From Setoptus koraiensis (lineage: Eukaryota > Animalia > Arthropoda): a stretch of DNA of 64,000 bases. This document shows, in pieces, positions 28,225 to 39,640 of the stretch. The DNA lies in the NCBI GenBank assembly GCA_048013815.1, contig CM106585.1, forward strand, positions 13,888,001-13,952,000, read 5' to 3'. Position 1 is the first letter of the stretch. Each line of letters starts with the position of its first letter. A model generated the notes under the pieces. It did no database searches. It was not told the DNA's origin and was given only the letters and a program-made list of their open reading frames with translations. A program made the translations under genes and the position numbers.

Positions 28225-31200
28225 TCAACTAACGCTAACGTTGACATTAGTGTTAGGTGAATTTATCACGCCAGAGTTTATTTCATTGGCAATAGGTGCC
28301 GGTGCAGCTTTCATCATGTACTTTTCTAATTTTGCCAAAATGTGTTTTCCATATGGAAACTTCCTCAATTGTGCCATGTGAGGACGGATTCTCTGTAAAA
28401 GTAGCTTGCGTTGAGGTTGTTCCGCTATCTCTATCATCTTTTGAACAACATAATTGGCATATTGATCTTTCATCATGGAGTAAAGAGTTCCGGGGCTTCT
28501 ATTATATGACAGAGAAAGAGATTGGATGTAAAACTTAGTTTCTGGATTTTTTATTTATCGATAAACTGAGATGCAAATTAGAAAATTGTCCTGTACTGTA
28601 GTACTTACGCTTCGCTATAAACTGGATCCCTCACACAAACTTCTTCTATCAAAGCAATGCGCTCGGTCCTGGAAGCATGGGTGACGCATCTTTCGACAAC
28701 ATTGCTGATAATATTAACAACATAAAAAGGTATATAGATTAGCAAAAAGCGTTGATGAAAGTGAGTCTTATTGCATTCGATCTGATTGTTAAGTATCACA
28801 CCGGCTCACCTTGCGAATTTGTGTTGAGATAGATGTAAAACTTTGCCCCGCACAACACCAATGATTTTACTCTTATCTTCTGGCCTTCCATGCTCCAGAA
28901 CGTGCTGAATAACATAGTTTCCATATTGGTCTTGAACTAATTGTTCCGTATGTTTGTGTAACTCCTCCAGTATCGGAATTGTCTGCTCTGGTCTACAGTG
29001 CTCCAGAATACGTTGTATGACGCGACAACCATAGGGGTGAGTTGACAAGGCCAGTACTTGGTTTTGAAAAGCATTAATAACAAATTGCAGTGCTACAGGA
29101 TCTACACATTCAATACATTTTTGCACAACATGATTCCCATTCTGATCTTTTACACATTTTAACACATTTCCGTCGAGCTCTTGAACAAGCTCTTTTTGTT
29201 GCTCCGGAGGAATAGATTCCAAAGCTTTCTGTATCACTCGGCAGCCGTACATTTGCAGGGCCAATTGTAGAACATGACCATGAACTTTTTGAGCCAGTTC
29301 CTGTTTCTGTTCTGGGGTGCCATATTCAAAAAATTTCTGTATAACATAGTTTCCAAATACATCAGTCATAAGATTGTAAGCTGAGTCTATTATCTCATCA
29401 AAGACCATTTGTTTCTCGGGAACATTGGCTTTTTCCAGTTTTTGCTGTATGAATCTCGACCCGTGTTGATCTTGGCTAAATTCAACAATATGTGCAGTCA
29501 GATCTCGTAGTTGCAGACCAGGTATCCTACTATTACGGAAGTCCTCTAAGAGTCGGCTCCGTCCTAGGCTGCTACTACTGTTACCATTGCTATTGTTGTT
29601 AGTACTGTTAATGTTGTTGTTATTATTATTATTGTTGTTGTTGTTGTTGTTACTATTAATATTATTATTATTAATATTACTATTATTATTACTGATATTC
29701 TTATTTGCAATGCTGGAGCTAACGAATGTCGTCTGATTCATGCTACCAATGTGATTACTAATGTGGTTAGAATTTAAATTACCATTATTGACAGCGGCGT
29801 TCCTCTGGAGAATGCGATTTGGAAATAATGATTGCTGATTGGGGGAGTTGAAAACATTTCCACCATTGCGATTCAGAAACTTTGCCTCAGCCCCAGGCGC
29901 TGCAGACATCCTCTGTCCAGGAGCTGAACCACTTATTGTAAGATTTGCTAAAGACCCATTCAAAGAGGATGGAGGTGTAAGACTACCGTTATGTCCACCT
30001 ATAAGACCTAGCGGACCACTAGGAGATGACGGTACTCCTGATGAGCCTAGTGGGGCATAGAATTGACCATTATTGTTATTTTTAAGGCCACTATGGGAAG
30101 AGTTTAGTTGCCTGAAGAACTGACTACTAGTTTCCAAATTAACATTCGAGAACATGGCGCCCATACCAGAGCTTCTACCATTCACACCCCTCAGATGTCG
30201 ATTATCTGTCAAAGAATCCCTTCCTGGTGTACTAGTGCCATGATTGGATCCGCTTGATAAACCGGTTATACTAGATGTTAGTGATGCACCTATTGGGCCT
30301 AGATCATTTGCGTTCAAGTGGCCTCCATGACTTAACGAATTCATCTGATGGTTGAAGGCACTAAGATGATGATTGGGTCCGTTATTATTAGCCATCATGT
30401 CCATATGAAGTTGTTGCTGATGGTGTTGAAGTTGATGTTGTTGGTGTTGATGGTGATGATTGCTGCTCAAAGCAGCCGGGGATGTTACAGCTGAGGATGC
30501 AGATGAAAATTGACCAAAATTTGCAGCTAACGCTGCAGCGGCTGGATTTCCATTGGCTGATGAGTACAAAGGAGGACCTTCAGGGCCTCCACTATTTGCA
30601 TTGGCGTCAGACCGAAATAATGGGCCATTTGGTGGCGGCGGAGGAGGTGGTAGAGAATGGTGGTTCGGTGGCACTTGATGGTGACCACCTGACACGGCAA
30701 CAGCGGCTGCAGCGGCCGCAACTGCCGCTGCTTGGTGACCGGCTTGATTGGCTTGATCAATAACATGTTGCATACTGGATCCCAGGCCATTATTGATATG
30801 CTGCTGATGATGTTGTTGATGTTGTTGCTGATGTTGCTGGTGCTGTTGGTGTTGTTGGTGTTGCTGGGCAACAACTGCCGAAAGCGCATCATGATGTGGA
30901 GTATTTACCATCATTGTGGGCATAAGTCTCATTGCAGAGGCAGGATTCACTCCTCTAGGAGGCATCATGGATCCGTTGCGATGTGCAGCAGCGGCCGCGG
31001 CAGCCGCAGCATCAAAATAACTGGGATGAGGTAACATCTGGGATGGTGGACCATATTGACCACTCTGAATCGCTGAGGCATTAGCAACAATGGCCGCCGT
31101 AGCGACTGCATGTTGTTGCTGATGATCGGCCGATGGTCCAGTTTGTGGGTTCATCGATCTTGGGGATGGTATATTGTTATTACCTCTCAACAATTGGTGA

Positions 31201-32123
31201 GCTTGATGTGGCTGTAGTTGTTGTTGCTGATGCTGTTGTTGCTGATGTTGTTGTTGTTGCTGATGCTGTTGTTGCTGGTGCTGTTGTTGGTGTTGGTGCT
31301 GCTGTTGTTGCTGTTGGTGTTGTTGTTGTTGCTGGTGTTGCTGATGTTGGTGTTGTTGCTGCTGTTGTTGTTGTTGGTGTTGCTGTTGTTGGTGTTGTTG
31401 CTGATGTTGGTGTTGATGAGCAGCGGCAAGATGAGCGTGAGCGTGGGCTGCGGCAGCAGCCACAACAGACGCCTGCTGATGACTACCAGGTCCGCCTGGG
31501 CCCTGAGGTGGCTGACCACTAGCTTGCAACATTCCAGGTGGATACATGCCCCAAGGTAGACCATGATAATAGGGCGGCATAACAGGTTGTGGTGGTGGCG
31601 GTCCGCCAGGCATTAGATGAGCAGGAACTGGTGCTGCTGGAAAAGGCTCCTGTTGTTGTTGGAAGTATGGATTTTGCGGCGAGGTGCCTAGTTGATTATA
31701 ATCGGCAATACCGGTGTCCCCCGCAACGCTGGTAGTCTTAATTTTGATGTTGTTGTTATTGTTATTATTGTTGTTGTTGTTATTGATATTGTTATTATTG
31801 TTAATAGGTATAAATTCGCCAATTTTAAACTCATAGGGTTTGTCGTTGATAGCATTGTTGTGATGATTATTTTGATCGTGGTGTGGCGATCCAACAACCA
31901 CAACACTAGCATCATGATGATTGTTTAGATCAGCTGTAGTTGGTTGGTCCGATTGTCCTCCTGTATTTGTGTTGTTGTTGGTGTTATTGTTACTAGTATT
32001 ATGTTGTTGTTGTTGCTCAACCACCGGATTGGCTTGGCCCTGCTGCTGTTGTTGTTGTTGTTGTTGTTGCTGGTCCTGCTGCTGCTGGCTGGATGATCTA
32101 TCCTCTTGTTTCTCATCGGCCAT
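28225..32123 (-). CDS. pum: Pumilio (PUM1/2-type PUF protein); exons 32123-28810, 28704-28609, 28498-28225
   Basis: Eight PUF repeats with canonical recognition motifs (SRFIQ, NYVIQ, CRVIQ, NHVVQ, CRVIQ, NYVIQ, SNVVE, NYVVQ); conserved N-terminal motifs [29 protein letters not shown]; two phase-2 GT-AG introns of 105 and 110 nt. Confidence 0.97.
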
Positions 32124-34663
32124 TGGATATAAATTGGTGTAGTTGTGTGTGTGTGTGTGTGTGTGTGTTAATTTACAATAATGTGGCCGTGTGTGAGTGT
32201 GTGTGTGTGTGTGTGCCCCCTCTCTCTGTCGGCCAATCTCTCTATTTCTCTATCAAGATATATCGGTATCTATGTGTATGTATATCTATCTGTATGTGTG
32301 TATGTGTATACATCAATGGTAATAGTAATATCTGATAACGGTATACAATGGTAATATATAATGAAGGTGATGATAGTAATAATGAATAATAATAATAGTA
32401 ATAATAATGGTAATAATAATAATAATAAGTATATATATATATATATGTGTGTGTATATAAATTGGGTTCGTCGCGTACGTCCGCTCACGTCAAATGCATG
32501 CAATTTGGTCGACAGTCTGCCCGACTAACTCGCTTGTCGGACAGCAAATGTGTGTGTGAGTCTATAGAAACTCTCTGCTATAGTTGCTGTGTGTATATTG
32601 TTAGTCGTGTGTGTTGTGTTCGTCTGTCTGTGTGTTTAGATTCCCTATAAAATCAACATGTTTGTTCGTCTATTTGTTCGTCACAATTTCCTCGCGTCAT
32701 TTGTACACATGAACACACAAATATACACACACAAATAGACAGACATACGGACAGTCGGTCGTATCGTCGAATTCGTGGTCGTCGTCGTTCACTTTGCTGG
32801 CTGCTGCTATTCGCTCGCTCGCTAGACACTCGGCAGCAGCATAAACAGCAGCGGCAGTAGTCGTCATCGTCATCTCGCTTAGGCACCAGCAATCTCTCTG
32901 CTGCTGCTGCTGGCCCAGCCTCGGCTGGCTTGTGTTGTTCGGCGCTGAAATGCACATAAGCGCCGCACACTCTGGCGACCAGTTCAAAAAATCCATCCAG
33001 GGTGTCCACATCAAGTGGTCCCCTTCCTACTGATTATGCTGCGCTGCCGATGCACAATATTGAATGCATGGGACAAGGCCGTGTCGGGCACAGAGTGTGC
33101 ACCGGTGCACGGCACCCCACGCATTCGCTGCCTACGCCGCGCACACTGTCAAGCACACACCGAAACCATGCTTGCCACGCTGTGTGCGCTTGTGCGGCAC
33201 AATATGATTGTGTGCGCAAACACTCCAGCTAGACACCTTATACATGCAATTTTTATAATATAAAACACAGACACACACGCAGAAATTCGCCAAATGTGTA
33301 CATTTTCGCATCATGTGTGCGTGTGCTTGTGTTGCAATCAGCGTGCATTCGGGTGCATGTGTACAGATTTCTATGCGCCCGTCTGTGCGCCGCACCGAAC
33401 ATTTAAAGATCCATTGCACCGCGCACCAACAGCAACACAGCGGCACTCCATTTCCAGCTGCAATGTGTCTGCACCGCAGCCAGCAAGGTAGCCGCGGCCC
33501 GCGGCGGCCGCCGCGGTAGATACGGGCGACTTGCCGCACCGTTCATTCGCCCAACTAATTGCGCTTGCGGTTTTCGCGCTGCCCCTCTTTTGCGCAACAT
33601 CCGCCCCACACGGGCGCGCCGCGCCATATAGTTTAAATAAATACATATACCGGCCAGTGATAATAAGCCACGCTCACTGTCGCCGTTGTCGTCGCATAAA
33701 CATTTGCACAATCAACAATTGTGCCGGTGCGTCTCGGTGCGCCGCCGCGGACGGTCACCGGGCGCAAGTGCGCCCACTTGCGACCGCTTTCATTCGGCGG
33801 CCAAAAGAGATCCATCATGATTCATGAATCAGGAAAGTTTCGCAAACTATCTCTTCGCAAACTATTTTAAAAAACTCCCGCCGGGTTTCGCTACAAATTC
33901 ACTCGTCATCCGATCAAATGCTTGCACTTCTTTGTTCGTTTGTTTCAACTCCACACTTGTACTTTACAGTGTAAACTTTCAAGTGCAAACTTGTGTTCAA
34001 GCTTGATTTTACGATTTGCTGGTTTTAGTTGTTGAGCTGCATTTGTTCGACTATCTCACAGGACACAATCAACTGGTGATGTGCTGTATCAAGCTGTTCC
34101 GTTCTGCGATAGTCTGACGTCAATATTGAAATAGATATGCGACAAATCGATGGAGGGACTTATTGACGAACAACAACGAATCATAAGGTTCAGAGACGGT
34201 AGGTGGACTAGGCTCACATTCATTTAGAATAGCCAGGCCCGCATGCAATTTGAGCGGCCGGTCTTGTAAACTTGTTCTCTAGACTCACCTATGAGGGTGA
34301 TATCATTGAAATACAGACAGCACCCTCGGATTTACTTGTGTCCGAGGGTCCGTCTACAGTGCATACAATTAGTGTGGGAGGGAGACAGTTCACGTTGCAA
34401 ACTTCACACGGCGTCTTGGTTGTGCCGCAATCTGCTGCAGAATTTACATGCATGCGCGTTCGCTGGTGCACATTGCTCCCTCGGAACAGCCGATACTTAT
34501 ACGCATAACTAAATCCAATTATTGATCTAGTGGATACATATAATACTCATTTGGTATGAATATTATGAAGACCCATTTGGCATTTGATCGTAATGTAATC
34601 AGTATGATGTAAAGAACAGTGTTTGCGTTGAGTTGGAGGCATACTAAACCAAAAGACGAGCCG

Positions 34664-34700
34664 TAATTCATAGATGGCTTTCTGCGGCACAACTATATAA
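34664..34700 (+). promoter_or_regulatory. U6 type-3 Pol III promoter: PSE-like TAATTCATAGATGGCTTTCTG plus TATA box
   Basis: TATATAA at 34694-34700 (about -29 from the U6 start); TAATTC-initiated element resembles the Drosophila PSEA consensus. Confidence 0.65.
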
Positions 34701-34722
34701 GGACAAGGCAACATATGTTTGT

Positions 34723-34744
34723 GTTCTGCTCCGGCAGAACATAA

Positions 34745-34778
<34 letters not shown>

Positions 34779-34830
34779 GGCCCCTGTGCAAGGATGACAC
34801 GCAAAATCTGCGAAGCGTTTCAAATTTTTT
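34723..34830 (+). ncRNA. U6: U6 spliceosomal snRNA
   Basis: 5' stem GTTCTGC-TCCG-GCAGAAC; AAAATTGGAACGATACAGAGAAGATTAGCATGGCCCCTG core with ACAGAGA box and AGC triad; oligo-T terminator. Confidence 0.97.
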
Positions 34831-34933
34831 TCATATTTACTATCATATTTTAAAACAATATCATCCCCACCGTCGTTCCCACCAAGCACCTTAAACCGGC
34901 GACTGCCCCGGGCATGGTAACCCATATAAAATC

Positions 34934-36637
34934 ATGCAACACCTGTTAGCATCGCCAGGCATCTCAATGAAACCTGATCAAAGAGAGGACCTGGATCAAC
35001 ATGCAAAATTGCAAGATATTATTGACATATTGGTTGCTGCTGGTTATTTCAGGGCAAGAATCAAAACTCTGGCACCCTTCGATAAAATAATTGGTGGGAT
35101 GGCCTGGGCAATTCAAGTTTCTAGTCACAATTTAGACATTGATCTGTTCTTTCAAGATTCCCTCGATATCGGACATAAAATAGCGCTCACAGAGAAAATC
35201 GTTCATGCTCTGCTAGCCATGAATTGTCCACATCGCATAGAGCCCCATCAAATCCAAGGACTGGATTGCATCCACATATTGCCTGTCATCCAATGGCTAG
35301 TGAGAACCTCCATAGAGATAATGCAACAACATTTAGCCTTCAACAAAGTTATAGCTGCTAGAAAATTCAAGCTCATAAACAAAGAACCGCTTAAACATGG
35401 ACGGATTTCAGTCAATATTGCTCCCGAGAGAAAAAGATTGTTTCGGTTCAGAGGCAATAAATCACATATGACTCTTGAAGATAAATGCAAGACAGTCCTA
35501 CTGGAATACGGATTGTCTGGTGTCAACAATCTCGGTGGAGCCTCATCGTTTCTTCAGGATAATGCTTTGGCGCAAGATGCACCTGCTGAGGATCATTTTG
35601 AGGAAATCGATCGTACAAACGAGACGCATGATTTTTCATCTCATCTTATGGATAGATTGGTGGATGCCCAGAATCAAGAGAAGGCAGACATACTGGCTAG
35701 ACTAAATACAGAAAATTTTAACGATCTAGAAGTTCAATTAAATCATATTCAGGGAGCAATATCAAAGAAAAAGCAAACAATCCGTGAGCTAGAGAAGCGT
35801 TTTAAAGAACATAACACTTATGATCTCATTGAAGAATACAAAACAACAGTCAAGGAAATGGATGATGAAATCAAATGTCTCGAAGAGGAGTCTCTCCATT
35901 TTGATGACATTTCCGAGCGGAAGCGATTAGCTGAGAATTTGCAGCTAATCAAGCGCCAGAAAGATGCATTCAAGCGGGAATGTCGCTCAGAGAAGGAGAA
36001 GTTCCAAGCAAGAATGGAAGAACTGCAAGAGATCAAACAGAGCCACATTGAGGCTGAGACCTCCAGTAATAATGATGATTTGAAATTTACACTGAATGAA
36101 AAGATGAGCCAGTTAGGAGAACTCGATATCCAATTGTTAGCAACAAATCAAAAGATTCTGAATCTAAAAAGAAAACTCGATTCAGTTCCCTCCAAGTCAG
36201 AAGTGATTCAATATCAGAAGAGATTTTTTGAATTATATCAGTCAATAGCATCCAGAAACCTAGATATCAAAAAGTCTTATACTTTCTTCAATACTTTGCA
36301 AGACACGCGCCTTTACTTGAAAAAAGAGATTAATCTGTTGGACTCAATTTTTGATAATTTATCTACTGCGAAGCATTCATCTGTTTCTAAGAATGAATTT
36401 TTATTACAATTCCAACAAATCGTCGATGGAACAATTAAAGCAAGGATAAACGTACACGAACAGCTTGCGATTGGGAGAACTAAACGTGATAAATTGAATG
36501 ACGAATATTCCAAACTGATTGAGGAACAACGTTTGTACACTAAGTTACTGAAGGAGTTTAAAGAAGAGTGTCATCGCAACGAGATACTCTCTAATCAGTC
36601 ACCTTCGAACAACAAATTGCCAGAATCGGATAGTTAG
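34934..36637 (+). CDS. CCDC93: Coiled-coil domain-containing protein 93 (CCC/Commander complex), 567 aa, intronless
   Basis: LLVAAGYFRARIKTLAPFDKIIGGMAW, IGHKIALTEKIV, CPHRIEPHQIQGLD; C-terminal coiled coil with PSKSEVIQYQKRFFELY. Confidence 0.95.
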   Translation: MQHLLASPGISMKPDQREDLDQHAKLQDIIDILVAAGYFRARIKTLAPFDKIIGGMAWAIQVSSHNLDIDLFFQDSLDIGHKIALTEKIVHALLAMNCPHRIEPHQIQGLDCIHILPVIQWLVRTSIEIMQQHLAFNKVIAARKFKLINKEPLKHGRISVNIAPERKRLFRFRGNKSHMTLEDKCKTVLLEYGLSGVNNLGGASSFLQDNALAQDAPAEDHFEEIDRTNETHDFSSHLMDRLVDAQNQEKADILARLNTENFNDLEVQLNHIQGAISKKKQTIRELEKRFKEHNTYDLIEEYKTTVKEMDDEIKCLEEESLHFDDISERKRLAENLQLIKRQKDAFKRECRSEKEKFQARMEELQEIKQSHIEAETSSNNDDLKFTLNEKMSQLGELDIQLLATNQKILNLKRKLDSVPSKSEVIQYQKRFFELYQSIASRNLDIKKSYTFFNTLQDTRLYLKKEINLLDSIFDNLSTAKHSSVSKNEFLLQFQQIVDGTIKARINVHEQLAIGRTKRDKLNDEYSKLIEEQRLYTKLLKEFKEECHRNEILSNQSPSNNKLPESDS

Positions 36638-37398
36638 AACTACCTTTGATTCAAATTGGATCGATTTAGCTCCACGAACGTTTTCACCGTATGAATTTTG
36701 TTTTTTCTACCGAGCTCACAGTTGAGCAGTTGTAGTTTTTAAAAGGGGAGCTTTTGTCCTATGCCTCTCCCAAAAACAAAAACTCTCTATAGAATATTGA
36801 CATAAAAATCTAAAAACGTTGACACAACTTTATACTAGCCATGATCAGCTCTCCAGCTTGTCTATCTGTGATGTTGTTTAGAGCAAATTGTCCAAATAAA
36901 TGTTTTCTCCTCACATCAAAACAAAAATTTTGTAAATCCTAGAACCCAGTTGAGCGACCTAGCTTAATTTTTTTTTATGACAACAAACACATTAATCGCT
37001 CTTTTGTTGATTAAAAGTCTCTTACATATGGATTTAAAGATTAACTTTTGTTTCTGCTCGCTTTCTATCTCCTTTACCGCAACTTATTTGTGTGTGGATT
37101 AATTGATCCTGTAATTGTCTTTGTATCACCTATGACTCGCTTACGTTCTTTAATATGTCTGTTGCTCGATTGTTACATCATGGATAGATAGTATCATTTG
37201 AAACTATATGGTCTACAAGAATACACGCTGCGTACAATCTTTACCACGACAAGTCATCAGAGAGAATTGGGAGTGCAGCTATTCTTTTTCCACCAGTAAA
37301 CTCATTTCCGGTGCGTTTCCAAAAAAACTGTCTTCACCGTCACCATCGTGTCTTGGCTTGCAGTATAACCTCAAGTTGTCATAAAAATTTATTGAATC

Positions 37399-37814
37399 AT
37401 GACCGAAGCTACCATAATATTGATGGTTGTGTTATTGATCGGTGTCGGAAAATTTTTGGAATGTTCCTGTTACACTCACCAGCCATCAGAACCGAATGCG
37501 AGGCCTGTTTTGATAGACTCTGGTAAGTTTACTGAATGGCAAGTAGCCTTCTTTCTTGCTCACTCTATTAATACCTACTTTTGTTTGCAATCATTTGACC
37601 ATATTTAGAGCAACTTTCTTCAATGGAGATAACACTGAAAAATCTAATTCTCAAACTAACCGAGGAATGCAGAGATTTACACTCCTACCTGAGAAACACG
37701 CCCGAATCTTTAGATTGGATCAGTAAGAACGTAGCAAGATCTCTATTGAATCTAGCCATCACTCTTGACGATGTATTTGGATATGAACTACTAGCATTGC
37801 TGTTGAGGGAGTAG
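37399..37814 (+). CDS. Orphan small secreted or membrane-anchored protein, about 109 aa; exons 37399-37522 and 37609-37814
   Basis: Hydrophobic N-terminus MTEATIILMVVLLIGVG; GTAAGT donor at 37523 and TTTAG acceptor at 37608 join two separately listed ORFs in the correct phase 1. Confidence 0.6.
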
Positions 37815-38045
37815 AAGAAATAGATCACAGTCCATACGGGCCGAAATTCGAGCAAAAAATTGATGTATGCATTGCAAATTTATCACAGACTGGTCACGTA
37901 ATGACGAGTCACTCGCATCAATCAAACTTTCGATATATGTAATGGATCAAAGATTGCTAATCAGAATTGTTTTGCAAAAAACATTGAGATATAAATTGCT
38001 CTATTGAGGTAACGTAAATTTTAATTGACATTGTTGTTGCTGTTG

Positions 38046-38645
38046 TTACTCTATATCCTTATCTTTGTCCTCATCTTTGTCCATCTCTTCTAGAGACCTA
38101 ATTTTCTCATCCCAGATAACGATCTTTCTTTTTATTGTATCTATAGTTTCATTATATAACTCTAAATAATCTCTCGTCGTTGAGTCAATGGCATTGAGTT
38201 GTTTTTGTTGGTCAAGCGTTATGGTGGCTATCTCATCTAATTGCTTCTTATATTTTGTCATATCGGGCCATTTATTCTGGTCTAGCACTTGGTTTGCCAA
38301 CTCCGCCATTTTCTTCGAACTGTTCATATAATCAATCAATTCATCTTCATACGATAGAATTATATCAATTTTGGTATCAATACTTTGATCTGAGGCTGAG
38401 CTAAAATCCTCCAAAGCGGATTTATGCTTGGCATAGAGTGTGGCAAATTTATCAAAATCAGGATTTAGACTGAGAAATGTCTTGTAGTTTTTGGCTATAT
38501 CAGCTAATCGATCTATTAAACTCTGTTGATTTGATTTATTCTGGCTGGGCAATTTTGCGGCCACCAACTGGTCCTCCAATTTCTTCAATCTCCATCCTAG
38601 TGACCTAAGAACTATCTGACGATTGAGCTGCTGATCTAGCGACAT
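38046..38645 (-). CDS. DCTN3: Dynactin subunit 3 (p22/p24)-like, 199 aa, intronless
   Basis: Size, helical pattern and motifs LKKLEDQL, TKIDIILSYEDEL, LAN-QVLD, LELYNETIDTIKRKIVIWDEKI fit the DCTN3 family; first ATG at 38645. Confidence 0.75.
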   Translation of the reverse strand: MSLDQQLNRQIVLRSLGWRLKKLEDQLVAAKLPSQNKSNQQSLIDRLADIAKNYKTFLSLNPDFDKFATLYAKHKSALEDFSSASDQSIDTKIDIILSYEDELIDYMNSSKKMAELANQVLDQNKWPDMTKYKKQLDEIATITLDQQKQLNAIDSTTRDYLELYNETIDTIKRKIVIWDEKIRSLEEMDKDEDKDKDIE

Positions 38646-39096
38646 TGTTGCAGAGCAAGTCTTTCTGATTCCAATATATCTCACTATTTAAAATTAATAA
38701 AATCAAACCATGTCTTTCACGAAAACAATATCAATAAATTGTTACAAGACGTCGATTGTTGTTGATTTTGCGATCATAACAACGACAACACATTGCAGTG
38801 CACATGTAGTTTTCTGCAGGAATCATCAGTCTGCTGCAATTTTTATGCACACGAGTGTAGTCAATGTTGTATCAAAATTTCACACCATGTGTCGACCATT
38901 GTTGTTGATATCATTATTATCATTATATACATGTATTGAGGTCACAACACTCTTCTAATAATTACAAACAAAGAACTAGAAAATGCTGAATCAAATTTAT
39001 CCTAAATAGATTTGAATTTGGATAAGTTTGAATTATATGGTTTGGAAGAAACATTATTCATAAGAAACAGATTCGCCTTAAATAACCGGCCCAGAC

Positions 39097-39615
39097 ATGA
39101 CTAGAATATTTGAGAATGTCTACACGTATCACTTTGATTGGAAACAAATAGCCACTGCATTCTGGAAGAAGTATCCAAATAAGCATAGCAAACATGTTCT
39201 CAGCGAAGATGTCATTGACAGGACCATCGACAAAAATAATAATTTGATCACAAGAAGGATTTTTGTAAAGACAAACAGCTGCCCTAAGTGGGTGGAAAGA
39301 TTCCTACCATCTAGAAAAGTCCATATTCTAGAAGACTCGTATGTGGACACTGAACGACAGACTCTCACAACTGTCACACGCAATTTAGGTATGACCAACT
39401 TGATGACACTAGAAGAGACTTGTGTCTACAAACCCCATCCTGATAATAGCCTTTGGACAATCGTTGAAAGGAAGGCTGTTATTGATTCAAAACTTTATGG
39501 TATTACCGGACGTGCATTGAAGGCTTTTGCCTATGAAAGATATAAGTACAATGTAAAAAAAGCAAATTCAGGATTTCAGGCAGTGCTTAAGAGCATGTGG
39601 CACATAAATAATTAA
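39097..39615 (+). CDS. PRELID1: PRELI/MSF1-domain mitochondrial intermembrane-space lipid transfer protein (PRELID1/Ups1-type), 172 aa
   Basis: WKQIATAFWKKYPNKHSKHVLSEDV, RRIFVKTNSCPKWVERF, ILEDSYVD, EETCVY. Confidence 0.9.
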   Translation: MTRIFENVYTYHFDWKQIATAFWKKYPNKHSKHVLSEDVIDRTIDKNNNLITRRIFVKTNSCPKWVERFLPSRKVHILEDSYVDTERQTLTTVTRNLGMTNLMTLEETCVYKPHPDNSLWTIVERKAVIDSKLYGITGRALKAFAYERYKYNVKKANSGFQAVLKSMWHINN

Positions 39616-39640
39616 ATGGATCATTATTATTTTAGTTAGG

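Noticed and set aside
32653-33009. 118-aa minus ORF upstream of pum as an extra coding exon
   Set aside because: No Pumilio motif or in-frame splice link; more likely 5' UTR or intron
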